Part shown: in pieces, positions 38,290 to 50,479 of the stretch
How the letters are laid out: each line of letters opens with the position of its first letter
How positions within the stretch are numbered: position 1 is the stretch's first letter
Source of the DNA: Mobula hypostoma
Lineage: Eukaryota
Assembly (NCBI RefSeq): GCF_963921235.1
Contig: NC_086100.1
Location: 198,836,001 to 198,900,000, forward strand
Reading direction: 5' to 3'
Length of the DNA stretch: 64,000 bases
The notes under the pieces: generated by a model
Database searches by the model: none
Told to the model about the DNA's origin: nothing
The model's input: the letters and a program-made list of their open reading frames with translations, nothing else
Program-made: the position numbers and the translations under genes

Positions 38290-41200
38290 ACTCCCACTTC
38301 CCCTTCCCTCCTCTGTCCCCCTCACCCTCTCCCCTCCCCCACTCCCCTCTCTCTCCCACTCCCTCCCCTTCTCCCCTCCCTTCCTTCCCCACACCAATTC
38401 CCCATTACCCCTTCCCCCTCTGTGCCTCCCCTCTTCCCTCCCCTCACCTCCCTTTCCCTTCTCCTTTCCCTCCCTTCTCCCCTTCCCCGCCACCCCCCCC
38501 CTTTGGCTCCCTCCAATTCCACCCTTCCCTCCTCCCCTTCCCCCTCCCCTCCTTCCCTCTTCCCCCTTCCCTCCCTCCCCATTGTCCCTTTCCCATCCCT
38601 CCACTTCCCTCTCATCCCTTCCCCCTCCCCCTCTTCCCCTTCCCCAACCCCTAACCCTCAGCCCCTTCCCCCTTCCCTCACCCACTTCCACTGTACCCTT
38701 CCCCTCCCCTCTCCTTCCTTCCACTTTACCCCTCCCCACCCTGCCCCCTCCCCACCACTCTTCCACCCTCCCCACCCCTCTCCCCTCTTCCCCTCCTTCC
38801 CTCACTCCCCCCTTCTTCAAACTCTTCCCCTCCCACCACTTCCCTCTCATCTCTTCCCCCTCCCCTTCCCCTTCCTCTCACCTCTAACCCAGTTTCATCT
38901 TCCCTCATCTCTTCCCCTCCCCTTCTCCCCTCACCCACTTCCCTCAGCCCCTTCCCCTTCCCTCACCCTCTTCCCCTCTAATCTTCCCCTACCCCTCCCC
39001 TTCCTTACTTCCCCCTCCCCCACCCCGTCCCCTCCCACCCCTCTTCCCCTCCCCTTTCCCTCACCCCCTCCCCTTTCCCTCACCCCCTCCCCTTTCCCTC
39101 ACCCTCTCCCCTTTCCCTCACCCCCTCTTCTTTCCCTCACCCCTCCCTGCTTTCCCCTTCCTCTCACCCCCTCCACTCCTCCTCTCCCTTCCCCGTCCCC
39201 CTTCCCCCACCTCTCCTCTTCCCTCCACCACTCTTCCCCTCCCCTGCTCCCCCACCCCTCTTCTCCCACCCCCTGCTCCCCCTTCCCCCCACTCTACCCT
39301 CTTCCCTCTCTCCCCACCCCCTCACCCCTCACCCCTCCCCTCTTTCCCTTCCCTCTCCCCTTCCCCCTCCTCCTCTTCCCCCTCCTCCCCTCCCCTTCCC
39401 TTCTACCCTCCCCTTCCTTATCCCCACCCCTCTTCTCCCCTTCTCCCCACCACTCCCCCTTCTCTCCTCACCCCTCACTCCTCTTCCACCTCTCCCCTCC
39501 TCTCTTCCCCTTCCCCTCCCCCTCCCCTTCCCTCTCTCTCTCCCACTTTCCCCTACCCCTCCTCCCTCCTCCCCACTCCCCCCTTCCCCTTCCCCCACTC
39601 CTCCCCTTCCCCCTTCTTCCCTCAGCCCCCTCTTTCCCCTCCCCTCTTCCACTTCCCACTCCCCCTCCCCCTCTTCTCCCCTTCCCCCTCCTCCTCTCCC
39701 CTTCCCCCCTCCTCCTCTCCCCTTCCCTCTCCCCTCCCCCTCTCTTCCCCTCCCACATTCCCCTTCCCTTTCCCCCTCCCCCTCCCCTCTTCCCCTCCCA
39801 CTTCCCCTCCTCCCTCCTCCCGACTCCCCCTTCCCCTCCCTATCTCCTCCTCCGCTTCCCCCTCCCTCTCTCCTCCTCCCCTTCCCCCTCCCTCCTCCTC
39901 CCCTTCCCCCTCCCTCCTCCTCCCCTTCTCCCTCCCTCCTCCTCCTCCCCTTCCCCCTCCCTCCTCCTCCTCCCCTTCCCCCGCCTCCTCCCCCTTCTCC
40001 CCTTCCCCTCCTCCTCCTCCCCTTCTCCCCCTTCCCCTCCTCCTCCTCCCCTTCTCCGCCTTCCCCTCCTCCTCGCCTTCCCCTCCTCCTCCTCCCCATT
40101 CCCCCTCCCTCCTCCTCCTACCCCCTTCACCCTTCCCTCCTCCTCCTCCCCTTTCCCCCTCCCTCCTCCCCCTCCCCTTCCCCCCTCCCTCCTCCCCCTC
40201 CCCTTCCCCCCTCCCTCCTCCCCCTCCCCTTCCCTCCTCCTCCTCCCCTTCCCTCCTCCTCCTCCCCTTCCCCCTCCCTCCTCCTCCCTTCCCTCCTCCT
40301 CCCCTTCCCCATCTCCTCCCCCTTCCTCCCTCCTCCTTCCCTCCCTCCCTCCTCCCCCTTCTCCCCTTCCCCTCCTCCTCCCTCCTCCTCCCCCCTTCCC
40401 CATCCTCCTCCTCCCCCTTCCCCCTCCCTCCTCCTCCCCTTCCCCCTCCCTCCTCCTCCCCTTCCCCCTCCCCCTCCCTCCTCCCCCTTCCCCCTCCTCC
40501 TCCCCTTCCCCCTCCCCATTTCCCCTCCCTCCTCCCTCCCTCCTCCTCCTCCCCCCTCCTCCTCCTCCCCTCCCCCTCCCCCTCCCCCTCCCCCTCCCTC
40601 CCCTTCCCCCCCTCCCCTTCCCCCTCCCTCCCCCTCCTCCCCCTTCCCCCCTCGCCTCCCCTTCCCCTTTCCCCTCCCCCTCCCCCTTCCCCTCCCTCCC
40701 CTTCCCCCCTTCCCCCCTCCCCTTCCCCCTTCCCCCCTCCCCCTCCCCTTCCCCCCTCCCCCTCCCCTCCCCCCTTCCCCCCTTCCCCCTTCCCCCTCCC
40801 CCTTCCCCCTTCCCCCTCCCCCCTTCCCCCTTCCCCCTTCCCCCCTTCCCCCCTCCCCTTCCCCCCTCCCCTTCCCCCCCTTCCCCCTTCCCCCCCCCTT
40901 CCCCCTTCCCCCCCCTTCCCCCTCCCCTTCCCCCTCCCCTTCCCTCGCCTCCTCCTCCGCCTCCCCCTCCCCCTTCCCTCGCCTCCCCCTCCCCCTCCCC
41001 CTCCCCCTCCCCCTTCCCTCGCCTCCCCCTCCCCCTCCCCCTTCCCCTCCCCCTTCCCTCGCCTCCCCCTTCCCCCTCCCCCTCCCTCTTCCCCCTCCCC
41101 CTCCCTCTTCCCCCTCCCTCCTCCTCCCTCTTCCCCCCTCCTCCTCCCTCCTCCTCCCTCTTCCCCCTCTTCCTCCCTCTTCCCCCTCTTCCTCCCTCTT

Positions 41201-41570
41201 CCCCCTCCCTCTTCCCCCCTCCCTCCTCCTCCCTCTTCCCCCCTCCCTCCTCCTCCCTCTTCCCCCCTCCCTCCTCCTCCCTCTTCCCCCCTCCCTCCTC
41301 CTCCCTCTTCCCCCCTCCCTCCTCCTCCCTCTTCCCCCCTCCCTCCTCCTCCCTCTTCCCCCCTCCTCCTCCCTCTTCCTCCCTCTTCCCCCTCTTCCTC
41401 CCTCTTCCTCCCTCTTCCCCCTCCCTCCTCCTCCCTCTTCCCCCCTCCTCCTCCCCTTCCCCCCTCCTTCTCCCCTTCCCCCCTCCTTCTCCCTCCTCCC
41501 TCCTTCCCTCAGCCCCCTCTTTCCCCTCCCCTTTTCCCCTTCCCTCCCTCATTCCTCTCTCCCCCCCCAC
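38290..41570. repeat. About 3.3-kb polypyrimidine tract
   Basis: Nearly pure C/T; source of the spurious 1184-aa Pro-rich and Gly/Arg/Glu-rich ORFs. Confidence 0.96.
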
Positions 41571-41611
41571 TGCAAAATTCTCGTTGTCAATAAAGCTTCT
41601 CGTTGTTCACA

Positions 41612-42060
41612 ATGGCGGCGCCCATCTCCCGTGGCCTCTGGAGGCTCCGGGTCCTGGGCTGCCGGTCTGGTGGGGCGTCCGCGCTCCGGGTCCTGGGCTC
41701 CCGATCTGGTGGGGAGTCCGGTCTCCGAGTCCTGAGCTCCCGGTCCGGGATCCAGATCCTGGGCGGCTCCGGTGGATCCCGGGGGAAGGAGACGGGGACC
41801 GGTCCCGGCGCCGGGGCCTGTGCGTTGGGTCTCGGCTTAGGCGTGGCGGCGGCTGCGGGGTTGCTGTTCCTCCGGGGCCGGGAGCAGGGGAAGCTAAATC
41901 CGGGGCCAGACCACAGTCTCGGCCTCTCCGCCCTCCTCCTCCCCACTGTCAACGCCGCCCGGCCCGTTCCCCCTGACAGCCCCCGGTTCAGGTTCAACTT
42001 CATCGCCGACGTGGTGGAGAAAACGGGTCCGGCGGTGGTTTACATCGAAATCCTGGGGAG
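41612..42060 (+). CDS. HTRA2: HTRA2/Omi mitochondrial serine protease, exon 1 (transit peptide, TM segment, start of mature protein); joined CDS is 1320 nt, 439 aa
   Basis: ATGGCGGCG start; Arg-rich presequence; hydrophobic [46 protein letters not shown]; donor AG|GTAAAA. No signal peptide/IGFBP/Kazal module as in HTRA1/3/4. Confidence 0.93.
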
Positions 42061-44125
42061 GTAAAACACTGTGTGGGTGGGGGGGTGGTAGAGGGGTGAT
42101 AGGGATCTGACGGATACGGAGAAAAGGAGGGAGGGTGGAGGGAGAAACATGGAAGTGGGATGAGTGACAAGGGGGGAATGAGGGGGAGGGAAGGGAATTC
42201 GCTGGGCTGGGGTCTGTCCCACGATGACGAGGGGGTTGAGGATGACAAACTGTGGGGTTTGAGTGGGAGGTGATCTTACTGAGTGATTTGACGGGCTAGC
42301 TTCTGAGTGCAGATGCCTTGGTTTCGGGAGTAGTGAAGATGCACAGTACAGAAACAGGCTATTCGGCCCACCTTATCAATAGTGAACTGTTTTCTCATCT
42401 ACACAAACCCATCTTCATTAGTGTGTCCTTCCTCTCCTAGGAATGAGGTCTTTGGAGCTTCTGTTGGTGTTTCTAATGCTCTGGGTTTTTAATGGGATGG
42501 AGACCTTGCCCAACTCTTGTCCCTTCACCGCTGTGCTGGAGTACCATAAACCTATGTACTCTTGTTCATGATGCGATCTACCAGTTGTAACGAAGGGTCT
42601 CAGCCTGAAATGTTGCCTGTTCATTTCCCTTATAGATGCTGCCTGACATGCCGAGTTTTCCAGCTTCTGTAGAATCTCTACCTCACACTCAAGAGCTTGT
42701 AGGCACAGGACACAGTCTCAGGAAAACAGGGACAGTGCTCAGGGCTGAGAGGAAAGAGAGCAGGTTTTTAACTCCAGGGGTCATGAATCCTTGGGGTGGG
42801 GATTATTTATGTTCAGCGTACAGATTTGCACCTTTTGGATGCAGGTTGAACAGGTTCAGACTTTATTCTCTGAGTAAAGAAGAATGAAGGGAGATTTGAC
42901 AGAGGTATACAAAATTATGAGGGGTAGAACTAGCGTAAATACATGCAACCTTTTTCCACTGAGGTTGAGTGAGACTAGCATGATGTCATAAGTTAAGAGT
43001 TAAAAGTGAGATATTTAAGGGAACCTCTTCACTCAGGGTGTTGAGAGTGTGGAATGAGCTGCCGGCAGAAGCGGTGGATGTGGGTTTGATTGCAACACTT
43101 AGACCATAGGGCGGAAAGCATTATCAGGGATGCATCTCACCCTAACCATGGACTTTTTACTCTCCTCTCATCCGGTAGGTGCTACAGGAGCCTCCACTCC
43201 TGCACCAGCAGGCACAGGAAGAGCTTCTTCCCTGAGGCTGTGACCCTGATGAACCTCACATCACAGCACTAAGCAGTATTGCATCCGTATTGTACTGTCT
43301 CAATACTTTTATATTTGTGTGCTGTAGCACTTCTTTAATTCGCAGTTATTTTGTAAATAACACTATTCTTTGCATTTCTAGTCAGATGCTAAATGCATTT
43401 CATTGGCTTTGTATCTGTACTCAGCACAATGACAATAAAGTTGAATCAGACATAGGATCAGAATTAACCCACTTGACCCATTAGGTCTGCTCTGCTATTC
43501 CATCCTGGCTGATTTATTATTCCTCTCAAACCCATTCTCCTGCCTTCACCCTGTAACCTGTGACACCCTGAATAATCAACAACCTATCAACCTCCGCTTT
43601 AAATGTTCCCAGTGATCTGTCCTCCACAACTATCCTTGGCAGTGAATTGCAAAGATTCGCCACCCTCTGGCTAAAGAATTTCATCCTCATCTGTGTTCTA
43701 AATGAACATCCCTCTATTCTGAGGCTGTGCGCTCTGGTCCTAGACTCTCACATCCTCCCCACATACATTCCATCAAGGCCTTCCAATTTTCGATAGGTTT
43801 CAATGAGAATCCCCCTCATTCTTCTGAACTCCAGCAAGTACAGGCCCAGAGCCATCAAACACTCCTCATATGTTAGCCTTTTCATTCCAGGATCATTCTC
43901 ATAAGAGAAATTTGAATAGGTACATGGATGGGAGGGGTATGGAGGCTATGGTCCGGGTTCAAGTTGATGGCAGTAGGCAGAAGAACAGATTAGTCCCTGT
44001 TGCTGTACTGTAGCACTCTGTGACTGTGGTGGGATAGTGGGATACAGATGGGTAAGATGGGTGGGACAGATGGGTAAGTGTCCTGTCCCAGAGACCTACC
44101 CCCAATGACTGCACTCTGTCTCCAG

Positions 44126-44330
44126 GCACCCCTTCAGCGGCAGGGAGATGCCAATCTCCAATGGTTCGGGCTTTGCCGTGTCCCAGGACGGTCTGATCGT
44201 CACCAACGCCCACGTGGTGGCCAACAAGCGGAGGGTGCGGGTGAAGCTAGCCAATGGAGAGGCGTACGAAGCCACCGTTCACGCTGTGGACCAGCTGGCC
44301 GACATTGCTACTATCAAAATCAACCCCCGG
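44126..44330 (+). CDS. HTRA2: HTRA2 exon 2 (catalytic His and Asp)
   Basis: tctccAG / GTGGGT; 205 nt; [16 protein letters not shown]...TNAHVV (His 44211)...[11 protein letters not shown] (Asp 44301). Confidence 0.95.
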
Positions 44331-44404
44331 GTGGGTGCTGGGCCGGGTGGGGTAAGACAAGGCGGACACGGGTTGGGTTTCTGCGGGGGTGGTGTGGTGG
44401 TTCT

Positions 44405-45035
44405 TCCAGGTGAGGCAACACTTTGCCTACAAATCTGCTGGGGTCGTCTATTGTGCCCAGTGCTCCCGATGCGGACTCCTCTACACTGGTGAGTCCCATT
44501 GTGAATTGGTGGACTGCGTTGTGGAGTATCTCTGCTCCACCCGTCAAAAGTGGAACTTCCTGGTGGCCAAACATTTTAATTCCCATTCCCATTCCGTCAT
44601 GTCAGTCCACAGCCTCCTCTCGTGCCAAGATGGGGCCGCCCTCAGGGTGGAGGAAGAACACCTTTGTCTGGGTAGCCTCCAACCTAATAGCATCAATATT
44701 GATTTCTCCTCCGGTAAAAAAAATCCCTCCCCCTCAATTCCTCAGGTGTCCCTGCTCCTTCCCTTTCTCTATGGTCCACTTTCCCTCCTATCAGATTCCT
44801 TCTTCTCAAGCCCGTTTTCTTTCCCACCAACCTGGCTTCACCAATCACCTTTTAGCTATCCTCCTTCCCCTTCCCCCACTCTTTTATTCGCCCTTTCTTT
44901 CTGATCGTGAAGAAGGGTCTTGGCCCTAAATGTTGACTGTGTATTCATTTCCATATACTGCCTGCCCTGCAGCTGAGTTCCTCCAGCATTTTGTGCATGT
45001 TGCCCCAGATTTCCAGCATCTGCACAATCTCTTCC
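44405..45035 (+). mobile_element. Older Penelope-like element fragment in HTRA2 intron 2
   Basis: [17 protein letters not shown]...AKHFN...LGSLQPNSINIDF, and a degenerate pseudo-LTR/hammerhead near 44905-44940. Confidence 0.8.
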
Positions 45036-45224
45036 ATTTTGTTGTCTGTGAATTAAACTCCATTTCATTTGTGCGGGTTTTATTTTGGGGTGGGTTAATG
45101 AACATGTTTTGCGGTGGGTTCGTGTACAAGTTTTATTTTGGGGTGGGTTGGTGTCCACGTATTAGGCAGGTGTGTGTGGATTTCTGGCTGCCACGTGACC
45201 CTCGGGCATACCCCTCTTCATCAG

Positions 45225-45419
45225 GAGCCACTGCCCACGCTGGCACTGGGAACGTCCTCGGAGATCCGACACGGAGAGTTCGTGGTTGCCATGGGCAGTC
45301 CCTTCGCTCTGCAGAACACCATCACCTCTGGAATCGTCAGCTCCGTACAGAGGGGGAGCCGGGAACTGGGGATGGGACACTCGGACATGGAATATATCCA
45401 GACAGATGCCTCCATTGAT
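45225..45419 (+). CDS. HTRA2: HTRA2 exon 3
   Basis: catcAG / GTGAGT; 195 nt; EPLPTLALG...[24 protein letters not shown]...YIQTDASID. Confidence 0.95.
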
Positions 45420-45528
45420 GTGAGTACTGGAATTGGAATTGGTTTTTTATTGTCACTTGTACTCAAGATACAGTGAAATACTGTTCATACAGATCAGGTA
45501 GTCCACAGTGCGTCGAGGTAGAACAATC

Positions 45529-46289
45529 TGTTACAAACTGTAACATTTTAGAAACAAACCAGCAGCAAGAGATTTCACACTGAGTCGGGTTTTAATGTTA
45601 AAACCATTATCTTTATTAGTATCTACTTATGATATTGTAACTTAACCAGGACAAACAAATGTTAACAGTGTTATGTGTATGTAGGTGTGTAAATATAGCT
45701 CCCAAACTAAGTTAAGCTTGGAGAAACAAAGCTTAGAGTCTTGAGATGGTAAAGTAGGAACGTTCAGTGCATCCACGGAATGAATGATAGGAGAGAGATA
45801 TTTGTAATCCAGGGTGAAACGTAGAGAAAAGGTGGTTACGTCGAATTCCACGAGTAAACAAAAGTATTCCACAGATTTCACAATGGTAAAACGAGATAAC
45901 AATCGCTGTAGATCTTGTCCATCGTGTCGTTCCAAATCCACATATGAATTATCAGCAAAAGTGATCTATCACAGGGATATTGTCTTCAAGTGATTACCAC
46001 ACAACATACCCAGGCAAGGGTTAACACGTAAGTGGTCTCCACAGGATATCCTGAAAAATCCACTCCTTTGGATTATAGGAGGTGACAGCCCCACATTCGT
46101 TGTGCACCGTATGCCGAAATTTAACCCAATCTTTTGGGCTTAAAAGAGTTTCAAACCATCGCAGTTTGTGTCCCTGTTTTAAAGTTAAACCAGCTGCAAG
46201 TCAGTCAGTGAACAGCATCATAGTCCCGCCTCGTTTAGGTGCTCTTAAAGTAACAGTCCACAGTAAATTAAACCTGTGGGTTCGTAACA
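45529..46289 (-). mobile_element. Solo LTR (761 bp)
   Basis: Termini TGTTAC...GTAACA; 4-bp TSD AATC at 45525-45528 and 46290-46293. Orientation is tentative, based on an AATAAA on the - strand. Confidence 0.8.
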
Positions 46290-46739
46290 AATCACAGAAT
46301 GCAGAATGAGATCCAAGGTTATTTAATTTCATTCCCAGTATAAACATGTAAAGGAGAATGAAATAATTGTTACTCCAGGGCACAAAACAACACAATAAAT
46401 ATAATTACGTAAGGTAGCTTATGTACATAGATTGATTGTCTGTTCATAAAATGACGCTAGGCACAGGAGTGTCTGACGGGAAATGATAAAGTAACTTAGT
46501 GGTGGTTGGGGGTGTGGAGGGGTGGGTTACTGGGTGGAGGTGTTGATCAGCTTTACTGCTGGGGAAAGTCACTGTTTTAGAGTCTGGTGGTCCTGGTAGA
46601 AATGCTACGTAGCCTCCACCCTGATGGGAGTGGGACCGACAGTCCGTGAGCAGGGTGGGTGGGATCCTTCATGATATATATACACACACACACACACACA
46701 CACGCATATGCATTGCAGGTAGACAATAAGGTACAAGAT

Positions 46740-46925
46740 CAAAACTCCCAGCACTGTCTGTAAGGAGTTTGTACATTTTCCCTGTGACCGCGTGGGTTTC
46801 CTCTGGGTGCCCTGGTTTCCTCCCACAGTTGTAAATTAGGCCAGAGTTAAATCAGGTGTTGCTGGGCAGTGCAGCTCAAAGGGCCGTAAGGGCCTATTCT
46901 GCACTGTATCTCAATAAATAGATAA
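46740..46925 (+). mobile_element. V-SINE-like fragment
   Basis: Core gtttgtacattttccctgtgaccgcgtgggtttcctctgggtgc shared with 11540-11790; A-rich tail. Confidence 0.7.
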
Positions 46926-47254
46926 ATAAAGTGGATATGAGATCAAGAATCCATTTCAGATTCAGATTTATTCCGATTTGGATTCATTTATCACGTGTAT
47001 GTCAAAGCATGCGGTGAAATGTGTTTGCTTTAAACCAGCAAAACCAAGGAAGTGCTGGGGGCAGTCCACACATTCCCGTAACAACACAGCATACCCACAA
47101 TGCTTGGCAGAGCAACACAGACAAACAACAGCATAACAACCCCGTCCCCACCTACGGACACACTACCACACAGGCAGGCCTCCAGCCTCAGGACAGGTCA
47201 CCCCCAGTGCCCCAGACTTGCAGGCATCACGTCTCCAACCTCCAGACCCCCGCC

Positions 47255-49020
47255 CGGATGCTGTGTCCTCTGGTCCTAGACTCCCCCACCATAGGAAATA
47301 TCCTCTTCGCATCCACTCTATCCAGGTCTTTCAACATTCGATAGGTTTCAATGAGATCCCTCCCTCATTCTTCTAAACTCCAATGAGTACAGACCCAGAG
47401 CCATTAAATGCTCCTCGTACGCTAACTGATTCAGTCCCCGAATCATTCTCGTGAACCTCCTCTGCACCATCTCCAATGACAGCACATCTCTTAGATCAGG
47501 GGCCCAAAACTGTTCACAGGTTTGTGCAGTCTGGCTTGTGCCTTATAAAATCTCGGCATTATATCCTTGCTTTTATATTCTAGTTCTGTTGAGATGAATG
47601 CGAACATCGCATTTGCTTTCCTCACTACCGACTCAACCAGCAAGTTAACCTTTAGGGAATCCTACACAAGGACTCCCAAGTCCCTTTGTACCTCAGTTTT
47701 TTTTAAATTTTCTCCCTATTTACAAAATAGTCTGTGCCTTTTGTCATGAACCCCGTGACGGGAATAAAGAACCAGCAGAGATGGAAAACACTTTGGAGTC
47801 TAGTATTGCTATAAACTAATAATATTTATTAATAACTACACAATACAGTAATCTAGGTGAAGATAAATCAAACAGGTTAGCAATGATTGTATAAAAGTAA
47901 GTATATCAGTCATTGGGAAATATATGTACGAAAAACCAAGCTTCTTTAAGTCTAGGGGTAAAAAGATACAGTCTTACGATGTTGAGTTCAGTTCATGGTA
48001 TTTAGTTGAGTAGCGATGGAGAGAGAGAGAGATTTGAGTCTTCAGGTGAGCTGACGCCGTCAATCTTCTCCTCGTCCTCCAAAATCCTTCCCAAGTCACC
48101 AACTGTGAGTTTAACCAGGGGGACCGGTTTCCTGTGGTGGAGCTATCCCGCAGGCGAGGGTGGACACATAGACAACTCCCCACCAGTCAACCCCTTCTCC
48201 TTCACTGCAAGAGCGATTGGATCGATCGGCCTGATCGATCCTCCAAAACCCACTTTCTCTGCGGGCACAACAATGCTCATTCATTGTCCCGATCATGTGT
48301 CTGAGGTCTGTATCATCTGGCCTCCTATTTATCTCACCGTGCTGAGCATCACCTGTCATTCAAAGAGTCCCTCCTTCCTTTGTCTGTAAAGAAATGCGAG
48401 CAAGCAGAGCTGTCCTTGAAAGTAACATCAATAATGTGCTTTCGGTCACCATAGCAACTTTTGAGCTGCTCGGTGCTGTCTCCAAAGTAGAAATCCAAAG
48501 TTACCTCCCGTGCCCTAACGTGACAGTCCAACCATTAATCTTTGTCTCTCTCTCCCTCTTTTCAAAACAAACCATCGGTGATAAATAACTCTCTCTCTCT
48601 CTCTCTCTTCAAACAGTTAATAGGGGCACTCCAGGATCCCCTCACACTTTATTCCTTCTACCAAAGTGCATGTCCATACACTTCCCTACACTATATTCCA
48701 CCTGCTCCTTCTTTGCCCATTCTTGCAATCCATTCTGCAGACTCCTTACTTCCTCCACACTACCTGCCCCTCCACCAATCTTTGTATTGTTCGCAAACTG
48801 GGCCACAAAACCGTCAATTCTGTCATCAATGACATATTACGACAAATCAATGACATATTACGTGAAAAGATGTCCCAACACCAACCCCTGCAAATCAAAA
48901 CTAGTTATTGACAGCCAAGCAGAAAAGTCTCTCTTTATTCCCACTCTTTGCTTCCTGACAGTCAGTCAAACTTCTATCCATGCTAGTATTTTCCGTATAA
49001 TACCATGGGAACTTACCTTG
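47255..49020 (-). mobile_element. Decayed CR1 fragment interrupted by a solo LTR
   Basis: RT C-terminal remnants that continue across 47742-48646. Confidence 0.8.
47742..48646. mobile_element. Solo LTR (905 bp)
   Basis: TGT...ACA termini; 4-bp TSD CTTT at 47738-47741 and 48647-48650; cleanly interrupts a CR1. Confidence 0.8.
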
Positions 49021-49029
49021 TTTCTGTGG

Positions 49030-49570
49030 AAGTGAGTATTGTGAGCAGTTTTGGGCCCATTTAAGAAAAGATGTGTTGGTATTGGAGAGGGTCCAAAGGA
49101 GGTTCATGAAAATGATTCTGGGAATGAAAGAGTTAACGTGTAAGGAATGTTTGATGGCTCTGGGTCTGTACTTACTGAAGTTGAGAAAGGTGAGAGGGGA
49201 ATCTCATTGAAAGCTATTGAATATTGCAAGGCCTGGACAGAGTGGATGTGGGGAGGATGTTTCCTATATTGGGAGAGTCCTGAGGGCACAGCCTCAGAAT
49301 AGAAGGGTGTCCATTTAGAGCAGAGATGAGGAGGAATTTCTTAAGCCAGAGGGTGGTGAATCTGTGGAATTCATTGCCACAGATGGCTGTGGAGGCCGGG
49401 TCATTGGGTATATTTAAGGCAGAGTTTGATAGGTTCTTGATTAGTCAGGGCACCAAAGGTTATGGGCAGAAGTTAGGATGGGGTTGAGATAGATAATAAA
49501 ACCGCCTTGATAGAATGATGGAATGATAGAAAAATGGTCTAATTCTGCCTGTACCTTATGGTTATATGAT
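49030..49570 (+). mobile_element. CR1 3' fragment
   Basis: EYCEQFWA..RKDVLVLERVQRRF remnant plus 3' UTR. Confidence 0.8.
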
Positions 49571-49579
49571 CTCACCCTG

Positions 49580-49615
<36 letters not shown>

Positions 49616-49622
49616 TTGGTAG

Positions 49623-49655
49623 TTCGGAAACTCTGGCGGACCGCTGGTGAACTTG
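49623..49655 (+). CDS. HTRA2: HTRA2 exon 4 (33-nt mini-exon with the catalytic Ser)
   Basis: (CT)n tract, AG, then TTC GGA AAC TCT GGC GGA CCG CTG GTG AAC TTG = FGNSGGPLVNL, then GTAAG. Confidence 0.95.
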
Positions 49656-50147
49656 GTAAGCTGTGTTTACCTGTCTGATTTTGCCCCTTTCTCTGTCCCT
49701 GGGTGGACCCGGTAGGGACCAAGGTACCCGGTAGTGTCTCCTGGTTCAGTGTCTTGGCCCCTAATGGTGGGGAGACCTCTGCTGAGGTCTTGGGCAGGGC
49801 TGCAGTTCCGAGGGTGGCTAGGGGGTTTTCTCTGTGCAGCCTGGGCAGCATCTCTGTCACCACTGTGGTCAGTGGGAGCCATGTGTCCTTTCTAGAACAG
49901 GGCGTGTCCCAGCCAGTCTCGTCCATCACGGCTCCCACTGTTTCCTTCCTACCCCTTCCCTCAAACCACTCCCTTTCCCTCACTCCCTTCCCTACATCCT
50001 CTCCCCTCGCTCTGGCTTCCTTCCTTCACCCTTCCCTCTCCCGTACTCTCCGTCACACTCTCTCCCTCCCCCACCATCTCCTTCCTCCCAAACCCCTTCC
50101 TTCCCGTCACTCCCACTACCCTTCCCTCACTTCTCCTCTCCCAACAG

Positions 50148-50256
50148 GACGGGGAAGTGATCGGAATCAACACCATGAAGGTGACGTCAGGAATCTCGTT
50201 CGCTATTCCTTCAGATCGTGTCCGACAGTTCCTGGTGGAGACGCAGCAGAAGAAAA
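50148..50256 (+). CDS. HTRA2: HTRA2 exon 5
   Basis: caacAG / [42 protein letters not shown]. Confidence 0.95.
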
Positions 50257-50479
50257 GTGAGTCCTCGCGGCCAACCCCTCCGCCCCTGGATCCAGTGTCA
50301 GCGCTTCCTGCCACTGGGCTCTGGATCCAGTCCACTGGGCCCTAGATCCTACTGATTGAATAGAGTGTCCCTCCACCCACTGGGCTCTGGATCCGGTCCA
50401 CTGGGCCCAACCCATTGGGTGGATACCGTCCACCCCTAGGTCATTGGGGATACAGAGAATCGGAAAGGACAGCAAATAC

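Noticed and set aside
38422..41976. 1184-aa Pro-rich ORF and opposite-strand Gly/Arg/Glu ORFs
   Set aside because: Artefacts of the polypyrimidine tract; the 3' part overlaps HTRA2 exon 1 in the wrong frame.
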